Positions 15,780 through 25,037 of a DNA stretch of 64,000 bases are shown here, one piece after another; position 1 is the first letter of the stretch, and each line of letters begins with the position of its first letter. A program made the translations under genes and the position numbers. Source of the stretch: Escherichia phage UoN_LG358_1; sequence record OK570374; one strand, given 5' to 3'. The notes beneath the pieces were generated by a model, which made no database searches, was not told the origin of the DNA, and saw only the letters and a program-made list of their open reading frames with translations.

Positions 15780-16475
15780 TTATCCACGACCTTTTGGAAG
15801 TGAAAGAGGGTCAACTTCATCACCGACCGGAGCTTCTTCTAATCCAAGCGCATATCGTTGAGCATATTTCAGCATCAGAATATCTTTAGCACAATCATGA
15901 ATACTATCATGAGCGATGAACCCGTCGAGTACACCATTACGCAATGGAGTTGTTGTTAAATTTCTAGTCATCAAAAGAGCTTCTATTGCTGTACGAATGT
16001 CTCGTTGATTCCAGAATTTACACGGTTCCAAATTAAATGTGTCAATATCTTTATCTTCAATTCCTTTCCGGAGTTCACCTTCACGTAGGATATCAACAAG
16101 AATAGGAAAGTCAAATGACTGTCCGCGGCACCATCCGAATGAGTTCCATGCATCTACTCCGTTATCTTTCAGGAATTTAAGAAGTTTATAAAGTCCTTCG
16201 ACGTGGTCAATGTCATCATCAGACGGTGCAAGGTTAGCTCTAGCTTCAGCTGACTGCTTTTTCCACCAAGCTAAAGTACTTGCACCGAATAACCGAAATG
16301 GACGCTGAGACCGGAGGTCAAACTTTAGTTTCATTCCCCTGGAAACTAGTTCGTCGAACGTTTCGATAACTTCCGGATTAGGGTCAAAAACTACCACCGC
16401 ACAGTCAATAACTGCTGATCGAGAAACGTTACCGAATGTCTCCCAATCAATAATAAAATCTTTTACGCCCGGCAT
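15780..16475 (-). CDS. dexA: Exonuclease A (DEDD 3'-5' exonuclease)
   Basis: 231 aa; FIIDWETFG exo motif; matches recalled T4 DexA (FDELVSRG.K.KFDL.SQ, GWCRG.SFDFPILVD, LEPCKFWNQRDIRT, HDSIHDCAKDIL). Confidence 0.85.
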   Translation of the reverse strand: MPGVKDFIIDWETFGNVSRSAVIDCAVVVFDPNPEVIETFDELVSRGMKLKFDLRSQRPFRLFGASTLAWWKKQSAEARANLAPSDDDIDHVEGLYKLLKFLKDNGVDAWNSFGWCRGQSFDFPILVDILREGELRKGIEDKDIDTFNLEPCKFWNQRDIRTAIEALLMTRNLTTTPLRNGVLDGFIAHDSIHDCAKDILMLKYAQRYALGLEEAPVGDEVDPLSLPKGRG

Positions 16476-16696
16476 AGATATTCCTTAAATTCATTAATCT
16501 GTTTAGATATTTTATCATTAATTGATATAAGCGGTACTTGTCCTTGGAACCAAGCGATACTCATAGCTTCGTCGCGAATCTCGTTTAGTTGAAGCAATAA
16601 CGTAGATTGATGACCGCGCCACCAAGCATCTTCGGGTTTGTTAATTTCAATAGCATTAATCAACTTATCAAAATCATCAATATCAAGAGTAAACAT
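16463..16696 (-). CDS. Hypothetical small protein
   Basis: 77-aa ORF between dda and dexA. Confidence 0.4.
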   Translation of the reverse strand: MFTLDIDDFDKLINAIEINKPEDAWWRGHQSTLLLQLNEIRDEAMSIAWFQGQVPLISINDKISKQINEFKEYLCRA

Positions 16697-16705
16697 ATTT
16701 GTTCC

Positions 16706-18031
16706 TTATACAAAGAAAACATCATGGCGGCCACGAGTTGCACCCACATAAAGAAGTTCTAGCTTAAACTTATTATCGCTGCTTACGTGAATACACGGAG
16801 TATAAATGAAACTACTATCTACAGAAATACCCTGAGCTTTATGGAACGTTGAACAAGGTAAAGCTTTAACCTTATGAAATTTTCGTTTAGCATCCCAGAA
16901 TTCTGACCAAGGAGCTTTACCGCCTTTATTCCAGTTTTTATAAGTATCTGCCGTCTTTGCCAAGAAAAACTGAAATTTGTTCATTTCTTGTTCGTCAGAT
17001 ATTACATTAATTTTCTCACGAGCATATTCTTCATCGTCATAAGTTTCTACATCTAAAACCCAGTGACGAATTAGATGTTCACCAGATACTCCCTTTGCTC
17101 CCAAGAATGAAGATGTGTAATCTGCACTTAGAATACGAACATATTGACCATTAGTAAATAATGTTTCATGGAATTTTTTTCCCTCAAATACAAGTTCCCT
17201 CATTAAAGGTTCTTGCATAACAATAACTTCTCCTACTACGAACGCTTCTTCCGTTTGATATAAACGTCTACGAATGATAGAGTTTAATTTATCAACCGAC
17301 TTATTTGTGAATGCGAGCATTCGGTTTTCAAACAAATCTTCCGGTGATTTGACGATACTAAAATATTGCATCATAAAATCTTTAAGTGCCGTTGTACTTG
17401 TAAATCCATGCACACCATGACCATCAACAGTTTTTTCGTAAATCCATGAACCGTTTCTTATATCAGTAGCAACATCAATAATCGGAGCGTTACTGCGCAT
17501 TACTTCAGTAAGATTTAATTGTTTAAAATCTTTATGAATAAAGAAAGGAGATATATGAGCTTCTGTTTCTCCAGGGTCAACCGGACGAATTTGAGCGACA
17601 TCTCCAATAGCGACTATAGTACACCATTTAGGAATTGAAGCCATTAGTATTTTAAATAATTTGCGGTCCCACATTGAAGCTTCGTCACATATTAGCACTC
17701 GGCATGATGCTAAATCTGGCACTTCTTTTTGTTCAAACAACATACTTTCTTCATATGTTGTGGGGTTAATTTTTAAAATTTTATGAATAGTATTAGCTTC
17801 CATGCCGGACAATTTGGTTAATACTTTTTTGGCTGCATGTGTAGGAGCCGTCAAAATAATACCAGTTTCGCCAGTAGAAACTAAATGCTCCATGATAAAT
17901 TTTGTTAACGTAGTTTTACCAGTACCCGCTGGACCGTTGATAGTAACATGGTTTTTCTTTTCTTTTATAGCTCTAATAGTTTCATCAAATGCTAGTTTCT
18001 GGCCAGAAGTCAGCTGCTCAAATGTAATCAT
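16706..18031 (-). CDS. dda: Dda DNA helicase (SF1)
   Basis: 441 aa; Walker A GPAGTGKTT; near-colinear with recalled T4 Dda. Confidence 0.92.
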   Translation of the reverse strand: MITFEQLTSGQKLAFDETIRAIKEKKNHVTINGPAGTGKTTLTKFIMEHLVSTGETGIILTAPTHAAKKVLTKLSGMEANTIHKILKINPTTYEESMLFEQKEVPDLASCRVLICDEASMWDRKLFKILMASIPKWCTIVAIGDVAQIRPVDPGETEAHISPFFIHKDFKQLNLTEVMRSNAPIIDVATDIRNGSWIYEKTVDGHGVHGFTSTTALKDFMMQYFSIVKSPEDLFENRMLAFTNKSVDKLNSIIRRRLYQTEEAFVVGEVIVMQEPLMRELVFEGKKFHETLFTNGQYVRILSADYTSSFLGAKGVSGEHLIRHWVLDVETYDDEEYAREKINVISDEQEMNKFQFFLAKTADTYKNWNKGGKAPWSEFWDAKRKFHKVKALPCSTFHKAQGISVDSSFIYTPCIHVSSDNKFKLELLYVGATRGRHDVFFV

Positions 18032-18327
18032 ACCACTGATACCCTTTTAACACTTAATGTGTTCATAATTTGTCTGTTCATTCTACTTTCAATTTCAGAA
18101 AGCTTTTTAAACTTCATTTCAACTTTATCGAACCAGAAACGACGTTTCTTAATTGTAGTTTCTACTTTACCGACATTCAATATATGAGTAAGATAAGTTT
18201 TTAGCTGCTCATAATGCTTCACAGCATCATCAAATTTTTCATAGATTGTAGCCTTTCCAGATTCGAAGTACGGGAGTTCAAACCCGTCTTTATCTTTGTA
18301 GACTAACATGTATCCATAGTGCATCAC
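18028..18327 (-). CDS. Hypothetical protein (dda.1 position)
   Basis: 99-aa ORF overlapping the dda start by 4 nt. Confidence 0.5.
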   Translation of the reverse strand: MMHYGYMLVYKDKDGFELPYFESGKATIYEKFDDAVKHYEQLKTYLTHILNVGKVETTIKKRRFWFDKVEMKFKKLSEIESRMNRQIMNTLSVKRVSVV

Positions 18328-19106
18328 ATTTTGCCTCGGATAAGTTGTAACAATGTTGCAGAAAGTGGAAGACCTTTTTTCAGCTTCGCTTTATCCAAAC
18401 GAGATAAATTTTGGAAACGAGTAAGACCTTGAATAATAATATCATAATCTTTCACGGTGATTTCTGCTTTGCTATTCTTTTTGGATGCAGCGCCTGAAGT
18501 TACAGCTTCAGAAGACGGGTATTTTTCAAATATTCTCTTTAATGTTTTAATTCCGCCTTTGATGCGAGTTTCTAGAGAATCGCGAGTGTCTTTCTGTATT
18601 CCGGCTTGCTTAAGATGACTGCGGCGGGCCTGCACGTTTGCCCAAATGCGTTTAGCTTCTTCACGGCGGACACCGGAAATTTTAGACCAATCAGGCTCTT
18701 TGTTCCAATCATGAGTTTCTAATACAAAGTCAGAATGATTGAGGTCAACAGCAGGTTCTACAACTTTGTTTTTAGAGTCAACGGCGGAAACGATGCGCGC
18801 AGCTAGTTCTTCTTGCTTTTTAATGAGGTCATCAATTTCGAAGTTGGCGCGCAGTTTATTGTACTTCATTTTAACAGGAATAACGTTGCCTTCTACATAT
18901 CCTTTGTTGTTATCAAACCGCTCGAGAGTCATTTGGTCAGGTCCAAGTTCCTTCTTGAACTTTTCTCCTGAATATGCACAAGTATCTTGCTCCATGATGT
19001 TCATCAAGTACTTCAAAGAAAGATTAAATTCTTTACTTCTAGAAGAAGCACTTTTGTATGTATGAACCAAACGTTGAGCGATAACAATTTCACGAGGCAT
19101 GGCCAT
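18324..19106 (-). CDS. Hypothetical protein in the T4 srd position (not verified)
   Basis: 260-aa basic ORF between the Mod-type gene and dda. Confidence 0.45.
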   Translation of the reverse strand: MAMPREIVIAQRLVHTYKSASSRSKEFNLSLKYLMNIMEQDTCAYSGEKFKKELGPDQMTLERFDNNKGYVEGNVIPVKMKYNKLRANFEIDDLIKKQEELAARIVSAVDSKNKVVEPAVDLNHSDFVLETHDWNKEPDWSKISGVRREEAKRIWANVQARRSHLKQAGIQKDTRDSLETRIKGGIKTLKRIFEKYPSSEAVTSGAASKKNSKAEITVKDYDIIIQGLTRFQNLSRLDKAKLKKGLPLSATLLQLIRGKM

Positions 19107-19151
19107 AACGATATTCCTTATTTGCTTTTTATGCGAAGATGGTATAATGGT

Positions 19152-19192
19152 TTCAAGGATTATTCTAATACACTCTATCCGGAAAGTAAACG
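19152..19192 (-). promoter_or_regulatory. Putative early promoter
   Basis: gtaaac at 19186-19191; weaker -10. Confidence 0.4.
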
Positions 19193-19193
19193 G

Positions 19194-19826
19194 TTAGAAT
19201 GAATAAAAATCCAAATGATATACAGTATATGACGGAGATAAAGGGTCATACTGTAACTCTTCAATCTCCACTATCTCAAATTGTGTTCCAATAGGGAACA
19301 TCCATTCATCTTCTCCATTGACCATTTCAAGTTTATCCAGTCTTTCATCAAAAATAAAATCTGGGTCTATGCTGTGCATAAATTCTGTGTCTGGCGCAGC
19401 CAGAAGCATATTCAGTGCGTGCTCTTGATAGTTAAAAGCAAATGGGCAATTACGTAATGACAAAATAGTATGAGTACCATACACACTCCCTCCAGCGAAT
19501 TGTCTTGCTGTGGAAAAATCTGATGTAAATGACGTAACTCGGTCATCAGCAATAATTCTTCCTACAGCCATATTTTTCAACCAAGCTTCGGTACGTTTTG
19601 ACACTCCTCTGTAGAGTTCAACTGGAACGTCAGAACTAATATGCTTACGTATAATTTTGTCCAGTTCTACATGCAAAGTTTTGTCAATTTTATCATTCAT
19701 ACACTGCCAAAGTATGCTCTGTTCAAAATCACTGAACATCTTAATTTTTTCTTCATACAATCCATAGAGATTGTTATCAACTATGTTACAAACGATTTCA
19801 TTAAGCTGAGAATTTGTGTATAACAT
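19194..19826 (-). CDS. ADP-ribosyltransferase, ModA/ModB/Alt family
   Basis: 210 aa with R...STS...E arrangement (ELYRG, TSFTS, DEWMFP) typical of R-S-E ADP-ribosyltransferases. Confidence 0.65.
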   Translation of the reverse strand: MLYTNSQLNEIVCNIVDNNLYGLYEEKIKMFSDFEQSILWQCMNDKIDKTLHVELDKIIRKHISSDVPVELYRGVSKRTEAWLKNMAVGRIIADDRVTSFTSDFSTARQFAGGSVYGTHTILSLRNCPFAFNYQEHALNMLLAAPDTEFMHSIDPDFIFDERLDKLEMVNGEDEWMFPIGTQFEIVEIEELQYDPLSPSYTVYHLDFYSF

Positions 19827-19844
19827 AATAGCCTCCGTAGTTTA

Positions 19845-19884
19845 CAGAAGCTATCATAACACATTTTGACTGGGATGTAAACGG
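19845..19884 (-). promoter_or_regulatory. T4-type early promoter
   Basis: gtaaac at 19878-19883 with TGTTATGATA -10 region. Confidence 0.5.
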
Positions 19885-20079
19885 TTATTCTGTCCACGGA
19901 GCCCAAGGAGGAGGGTCTAACCAGATAGAAGAGAGTTCTTCTACGAAAGTGTCGTTGAGTTTTACACCGTGCCGTAAGGCAAGAACAAAAAGCTCTTGTT
20001 TGATTTCAGCACGTCGGTTGCCAAATGCTTCTGAATTTTTTGACTGGTCTTCTTCAAATAAATCAAATAAATCCGACAT
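19885..20079 (-). CDS. Hypothetical small acidic protein
   Basis: 64-aa ORF. Confidence 0.4.
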   Translation of the reverse strand: MSDLFDLFEEDQSKNSEAFGNRRAEIKQELFVLALRHGVKLNDTFVEELSSIWLDPPPWAPWTE

Positions 20080-20564
20080 TACATACCTCTGATGTATTTG
20101 ACAGCAGTTACGGACATAGTTTTTTCTTCAAATCCATTACGACGAATTCCAGTATCATTAAAATGATGCCAAATGAATTTTTCCAATTCAACGATGTGTT
20201 CAGGAGTATTTACAATAAATTTTTTGAAGATTTTTGTGCCATATCCATCTGTATGACACAAAGCTTCGCTAAAATTGAATTCTGGAAAAATGTATTTCTG
20301 ACTGAGCAAAGTTTCTACCATACCAAACGGTGAATTTTCGCATTTGTCGATATTACAATCATGAATGATTTCTAACAATGCATTTTCGGGAATTCGCATT
20401 TTCATAAACTGCTTTTCTAGATTATTATAATGCTCGTTTGAAAAAGGTGCAGGTTCACCATACTGAGTTAGAACAACTTCAAACTTTTCTCGAGTTTCTT
20501 CTACTCGTCGATTAGTTCTTTTATAGAATTTCACTACAAATGACTTTGTTTTCATATTTTTCAT
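20079..20564 (-). CDS. Hypothetical protein
   Basis: 161-aa ORF between soc and the Mod-type gene. Confidence 0.5.
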   Translation of the reverse strand: MKNMKTKSFVVKFYKRTNRRVEETREKFEVVLTQYGEPAPFSNEHYNNLEKQFMKMRIPENALLEIIHDCNIDKCENSPFGMVETLLSQKYIFPEFNFSEALCHTDGYGTKIFKKFIVNTPEHIVELEKFIWHHFNDTGIRRNGFEEKTMSVTAVKYIRGM

Positions 20565-20578
20565 GATATTCTCTTATT

Positions 20579-20782
20579 TTATGACTTATCGCCGTAAATG
20601 TTAGTTAAAAGCTTTTTAGCTTCTATTGAAATACGTTTAGCTTCTTGTTCATTGCGCCAATTTCTAGCGTATTCTTCCGCTTCATGTTGAAGTTCTTGCT
20701 CAACTTTAGCAACCCATTCATCATCTAAATGAGTAGGTGTTTCAAACCAATTTTTGAATTCTTCGTACCATCGTTTAATCAT
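20579..20782 (-). CDS. Hypothetical small protein
   Basis: 67-aa ORF. Confidence 0.4.
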   Translation of the reverse strand: MIKRWYEEFKNWFETPTHLDDEWVAKVEQELQHEAEEYARNWRNEQEAKRISIEAKKLLTNIYGDKS

Positions 20783-21018
20783 AACCAGGATGTCCCAAAG
20801 CGAATAACAGATTTTTCACCTACAAAGTGAAAGTGAGCCTCATATACGACACGTAAAGCAGTACCTTCCTCACGGTAGCAATGAATAAAGATGTCTACTA
20901 AATCATACAGATTTGGGCTATTTGTGATAAACAAATGTTCATGAATTAAGCGATTTGCAATAAGACTATTGATACCACCAACTTCTTCAACTGGCTTCAT
21001 CCAGTTAGATGTTTTCAT
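20779..21018 (-). CDS. Hypothetical protein
   Basis: 79 aa from ATG at 21018 (GAGGA SD); the track extension runs into the soc terminator. Confidence 0.45.
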   Translation of the reverse strand: MKTSNWMKPVEEVGGINSLIANRLIHEHLFITNSPNLYDLVDIFIHCYREEGTALRVVYEAHFHFVGEKSVIRFGTSWL

Positions 21019-21065
21019 AATATTATCCTCATTTGATAAAAGAATTATATCATATCGTTTAAAAG

Positions 21066-21092
21066 CAAAAAAGGGACTCCCGAAGGAGCCCC
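21066..21092 (-). terminator. Rho-independent terminator after soc
   Basis: GGGACTCC-CGAA-GGAGCCCC hairpin plus T-run (minus strand). Confidence 0.6.
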
Positions 21093-21097
21093 TGCAA

Positions 21098-21343
21098 TCA
21101 ACCACCTGGTACTACTGGCGGTACGCCTTTAAACATATCAGCGTTTTTGGCAATCCAAGCGTCTCTTTGAGCTTCTTCAAAAACGGTAGAATACGCCGCT
21201 TTTTCGGAAGGGAAGAGTTGATAATGAGAACCAGCAATTTGATGCACGTCGGAGTAAAGCTTAAAAGCTACAGAAACTTCCATACCTTTTACTTCACCGT
21301 CGGCATTTGTATGGTCAAACGTTTTTACGTTAACATAACTCAT
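21098..21343 (-). CDS. soc: Small outer capsid protein Soc
   Basis: 81 aa; matches recalled T4 Soc (YVN.KTF, SVAF.LYSDVH.I.G.HYQ.FPSEKAAYSTV.EE.QR). Confidence 0.85.
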   Translation of the reverse strand: MSYVNVKTFDHTNADGEVKGMEVSVAFKLYSDVHQIAGSHYQLFPSEKAAYSTVFEEAQRDAWIAKNADMFKGVPPVVPGG

Positions 21344-21528
21344 GTAATTCTCCTTTGTTGATTACATGAGTATTTATTAATAGTTATTTAAAGCCTCTAC
21401 TATATCTGCTATGATATCTTCAGAATCGCCAATAAGTTCTCGAAGAGATTTGTACTTATCTTCTGGACTTAGAGGATTTAAGCCCCAATATTTTATTAAA
21501 GCATTTTCAATATCAGAATATGAAATCA

Positions 21529-22047
21529 TTAGTATCCTCGGTTTTGCCGCTCAAAGTTTTCAGCATTTTTCAGATAGTAAAGTTTAAAGATTTCTTCAGC
21601 CGACATGCCTAATCCTTGGAACATATTCAACACAAAGTGAAGAATATCAATCATTTCAAATTTAATTTCTAATTGGTCTTTTGAAGACATTTCAGAAATA
21701 AGACGATTGCGTAATTCTGCATGTTGTGCTTTCCATGGTTTCCAGACAGAAGAAGCAGCCTTCTCGCCATTAGACATACCGCCCAGAGAAGTCAACAGCT
21801 CACGGAATTCGTCATCGATATAATCTTTCTGATTACGTAGCCAATCAACAACTTCACCAGCTTTAGCTAAGTCATCTGGATTGCGGTTATAGTCAGGTTT
21901 ATCATTTGCTAGACGCACTTGCAATGATTTTTGCATGTCAAGCATCACTTGAAGCGGGTCAATACCAGCATTCACAGCATCATAATACGCATTTTCTGCT
22001 TTTTCATTGCCAGAGATGAGTTGAGAACATTCATTAAAATGGGCCAT
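21529..22047 (-). CDS. 56: dCTP pyrophosphatase gp56 (MazG-like)
   Basis: 172 aa from MAHFNEC; matches recalled T4 gp56 (PLQVMLDMQ, DDEFRELLTSLG, LEIKFE..DI.HFVLNMF.GLGM.AEEIFKLYYLKN); track start is TTG. Confidence 0.88.
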   Translation of the reverse strand: MAHFNECSQLISGNEKAENAYYDAVNAGIDPLQVMLDMQKSLQVRLANDKPDYNRNPDDLAKAGEVVDWLRNQKDYIDDEFRELLTSLGGMSNGEKAASSVWKPWKAQHAELRNRLISEMSSKDQLEIKFEMIDILHFVLNMFQGLGMSAEEIFKLYYLKNAENFERQNRGY

Positions 22048-22087
22048 TATATTTCCTGTCAAAGTATTAAATAGTTTAGGAGGATTT

Positions 22088-22297
22088 ATGTCTGAAAAAA
22101 TTAAAACCCCAGAAAATAAAAATCTGAAGTCTCAATTCGTTGAGAACAAAGGTAAATTAATCTTAGTTGGAGTTATTACAGCTGTAATAACAGCATGGAA
22201 CTATATTATCATCCCTTTCGCATTAGCATATGGGTTTACTTTACCTCCAATTCCATTGGATAAAGTTATTCATTTCATTATGCTCGGAGGATTTTAA
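22088..22297 (+). CDS. Small membrane protein encoded on the plus strand
   Basis: 69 aa with strong RBS (TAGGAGGAtttATG); hydrophobic core LILVGVITAVITAWNYIIIPFALAYGF. Confidence 0.5.
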   Translation: MSEKIKTPENKNLKSQFVENKGKLILVGVITAVITAWNYIIIPFALAYGFTLPPIPLDKVIHFIMLGGF

Positions 22298-23322
22298 ACT
22301 CCAATCTTTGAGTAATTCTTAAGGCGAAGTTGAGCCATCAAACCCGAAGATATATTTTCGGAAATATATTTTTCGATGTCTTCAACTTTCGCCCCTTCAT
22401 TTTTTATCATATCATTAATGTCTTTTTCTTTCCATTGAGATTTATCCCAAAACACAACTCTTTCGCCAGCGTCTATCAAACGCTTCATTCGCTTGATTGT
22501 GTCTTCTTTTCTTGGTTCATGGTCCATAATCCATACTCTATCTTCTTTAAATGGAACCAAATCCAAATCAATAGCGCCACCGGTGATGGCAATAGCATTG
22601 CCCAAGAACAATGAGTCTATCGGGCCTTCTAATACAAAAATATTTTGACCGGTCTTTGCTGTGTCTAATCCGTATATTTTTGTTGCATGTTCGTTTCGTT
22701 TAATTGTTATGTATTTTTGAGGGGCGTCTTTACGCAATGCTCTTCCTTGAAAACTTTCAATAATACCTTTCTCATTAAAGATTGGAATTACTAAACGAGG
22801 CTCATTACGTTCTGTTTTATAAGTTCCGGGATTAACGGAATTCACCAAAGCTGGCCATTCCATCGTAAAATACAAACGGTTCCAACGAGATTTTGGAATA
22901 CAACGATGTTTAACGTATTTTATAATAGGATGCTCTTCTGACAAACTATCTAAGCGGCTGCAATGAACTAATTTAATTCCTTCTGGTTCTTTAATTTCAA
23001 CTTTTTTCACCTCTGGTTTTGTATCAGGCTTAAAAGTCATTTTGTCCTTTCTGAGTTCTAAAATAAACTCACGGTATAAATCAGGTTCATATTCCTTTAA
23101 ATACACCCCAATTGGTTTTCCATAATCACAGTTATAACACTTCAAAAATACATCATCGCCCGTGCCATAAGCCCAAAAACGAGCTTTTAATGCGTCTTTC
23201 TGTGAGTCGCCACAGACTGGGCAGCGGCAGTTTAACTTGAATTGGGATACGTTGTTTACTTGACGAAAGCGAGGTAAGTGAGATAATGCACGAAATGCAT
23301 ACTCGTTATGGACCCATGACAT
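22294..23322 (-). CDS. 61: DNA primase gp61
   Basis: 342 aa; zinc-ribbon CPVCGDS...CYNC; matches recalled T4 gp61 (PRLVIPI.N, FQGRAL.KDAPQKYITI, LEGPIDSLF, DAGERV.FWDKS). Confidence 0.9.
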   Translation of the reverse strand: MSWVHNEYAFRALSHLPRFRQVNNVSQFKLNCRCPVCGDSQKDALKARFWAYGTGDDVFLKCYNCDYGKPIGVYLKEYEPDLYREFILELRKDKMTFKPDTKPEVKKVEIKEPEGIKLVHCSRLDSLSEEHPIIKYVKHRCIPKSRWNRLYFTMEWPALVNSVNPGTYKTERNEPRLVIPIFNEKGIIESFQGRALRKDAPQKYITIKRNEHATKIYGLDTAKTGQNIFVLEGPIDSLFLGNAIAITGGAIDLDLVPFKEDRVWIMDHEPRKEDTIKRMKRLIDAGERVVFWDKSQWKEKDINDMIKNEGAKVEDIEKYISENISSGLMAQLRLKNYSKIGV

Positions 23323-23954
23323 TATACTCTCCTAAAATCGTCTATAATTTTTTGATAACTAATATCCGGATATCCCAATTTAATTGCTAATTTTCTAAAT
23401 TTAACATATCCTATATTACCATTAGAGTTCCAAAGCTCTTTTAATTCATCGTAGTATTTCCATTGAGGGCCTCTTTTCATTTCTGAAATTATTTTAGAAA
23501 CATGTGGTCTACGTTTGCCATATGTTGCGCTTCCACTACCCTTTCTTTTTTCTGACCACATCTTTTTGGTTTCAATGGAATGTGTTTTTCCATAAAATGG
23601 GTTTCCTTTACCGGAGTAAAGACTAGATTGAGTTTTTGATAATTGAGTTCTAATCCAACTATATTCCTTATTGTTTCTGCTAGTATATTTTCCATTTATA
23701 GTTAATTGCTTAGCAGCGCATAATAACGAATAATATTGCTTTGTGTTCAATTTTTTATATATTTTTGATAACAATTGATGAACTACGAAATGTTCTGATG
23801 CTGTAAGCAAAACCAAATTATCATCACTATCTAGTCCTCCAATAGATTTTGGAATTATATGATGTTTTTCTGAATAAAAATTTAATTTAGATTTATCCAG
23901 TCCTCGTAATTTAGCTTTGTTGATAATAGAATCATGTATCTTTTGATAATTCAA
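23322..23954 (-). CDS. Free-standing HNH homing endonuclease
   Basis: 210 aa; HHIIPKSIGGLDSDDNLVLLTASEHFVVH HNH motif; YSGKGNPFYGKTHS-type repeat; TAATG overlap with the gene 61 start. Confidence 0.8.
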   Translation of the reverse strand: MNYQKIHDSIINKAKLRGLDKSKLNFYSEKHHIIPKSIGGLDSDDNLVLLTASEHFVVHQLLSKIYKKLNTKQYYSLLCAAKQLTINGKYTSRNNKEYSWIRTQLSKTQSSLYSGKGNPFYGKTHSIETKKMWSEKRKGSGSATYGKRRPHVSKIISEMKRGPQWKYYDELKELWNSNGNIGYVKFRKLAIKLGYPDISYQKIIDDFRRV

Positions 23955-23993
23955 TGCATTCTCCTAAGTGGCCTTATTTCTAAGGCCACTATA

Positions 23994-24458
23994 TTACAAT
24001 TTCTTAAGATTAACTTTAATGCGCTTACGTTTTGAGGGGATTTGTTCTGGACCCTTGTTGGTTATTGCTCCGGTTGTGGTACCAGAGGCGATATTCTGGA
24101 CACTTCCACCGGAATCACCGGCTACCATGTCCTCGAACATAGGGAGAGCATCAAATATCTCTTTCTGTTCGGATTCGGTTATATTGTATCTAGAAGCGAT
24201 TGAAGACCAAGCCGACATCATAGAAGCTATTCCATTTAAACCGGGAACAGTTGACATCATTCGCTTCATTGAACGAACCGCAGCATGAAACGGAGTATAC
24301 GCTGCCTTTTCTTCAGGGGTTGATGGTCGTTTAAGCACGCTGCCTTTTTCGTCAATGATTTTTGCTTCATATGCGTTCCATTCGGTGAATGGTTTTTGCA
24401 TTAGACGAATAAACTTATATGCATAAACGGCATCTATACCGTTTTTAATAGTGCTCAT
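23994..24458 (-). CDS. Hypothetical protein (61.x region)
   Basis: 154 aa from ATG at 24458 (GGAGGTG SD); track start is GTG. Confidence 0.5.
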   Translation of the reverse strand: MSTIKNGIDAVYAYKFIRLMQKPFTEWNAYEAKIIDEKGSVLKRPSTPEEKAAYTPFHAAVRSMKRMMSTVPGLNGIASMMSAWSSIASRYNITESEQKEIFDALPMFEDMVAGDSGGSVQNIASGTTTGAITNKGPEQIPSKRKRIKVNLKKL

Positions 24459-24476
24459 AAACACCTCCTACGATAT

Positions 24477-24674
24477 TTAATCAATAACAAAAACGGCTTT
24501 ATTTCCGTTTGCGTCTGTTACTTCATAAGTATCTTCGTCATAGAGAGGTATAAACCATTCTACATCAGTATCTGACATAACAGAAATAATATTTTCTGAA
24601 ATTTTTGTCATTTCGTATTCTTCAAATAAACGAAACACTTCGATATTTGTACTTGTGCAAGTTGCAGTAGACAT
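24477..24674 (-). CDS. Hypothetical small acidic protein
   Basis: 65-aa ORF. Confidence 0.4.
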   Translation of the reverse strand: MSTATCTSTNIEVFRLFEEYEMTKISENIISVMSDTDVEWFIPLYDEDTYEVTDANGNKAVFVID

Positions 24675-24686
24675 TTAGCCTCTCAT

Positions 24687-24977
24687 TTAAAGTCCAATCC
24701 ATTCCAGCACTTCAGGAACTGATTTATTTTCACAATAAAGATTAGTGCCAGCAACTACCAAATCATTCTGGTCGACATCTTCAATGAGCATCTTTTGATT
24801 CGCATTAGCTCCAGCAAGAAGGTCTTTAATTAGCTTAGGTTTTACCGTATCCCAATCACCTTCGACAAATTTAAGGCATTGAATAGAATTATAATCAGCT
24901 ACTCCCGGAGTTGCATGGGCTGGAACTGCTGAACATGATGCTACTACCAATACGAGACTTGCAATTAACTTTTTCAT
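24687..24977 (-). CDS. sp: Secreted small protein in the T4 spackle (sp) position; superinfection-exclusion candidate
   Basis: 96 aa from MKKLIASLVLVVASCSAVPAHA (signal peptide); size and position match T4 Sp; early promoter upstream. Confidence 0.6.
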   Translation of the reverse strand: MKKLIASLVLVVASCSAVPAHATPGVADYNSIQCLKFVEGDWDTVKPKLIKDLLAGANANQKMLIEDVDQNDLVVAGTNLYCENKSVPEVLEWIGL

Positions 24978-24995
24978 TATTACTCTCCAGTTTGT

Positions 24996-25035
24996 TGATA
25001 AAGTAATAGTATCACATCCTTCCATGGATGTAAAC
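24996..25035 (-). promoter_or_regulatory. T4-type early promoter (cassette family A, partial)
   Basis: gtaaac at 25029-25034; shares catccttccatggatgtaaacgg with 6361-6384 and 31906-31930. Confidence 0.55.
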
Positions 25036-25037
25036 GG

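Noticed and set aside
21344-21400. Late promoter upstream of soc
   Set aside because: Only an imperfect match (AATAAATA) is present; not called without an exact TATAAATA.
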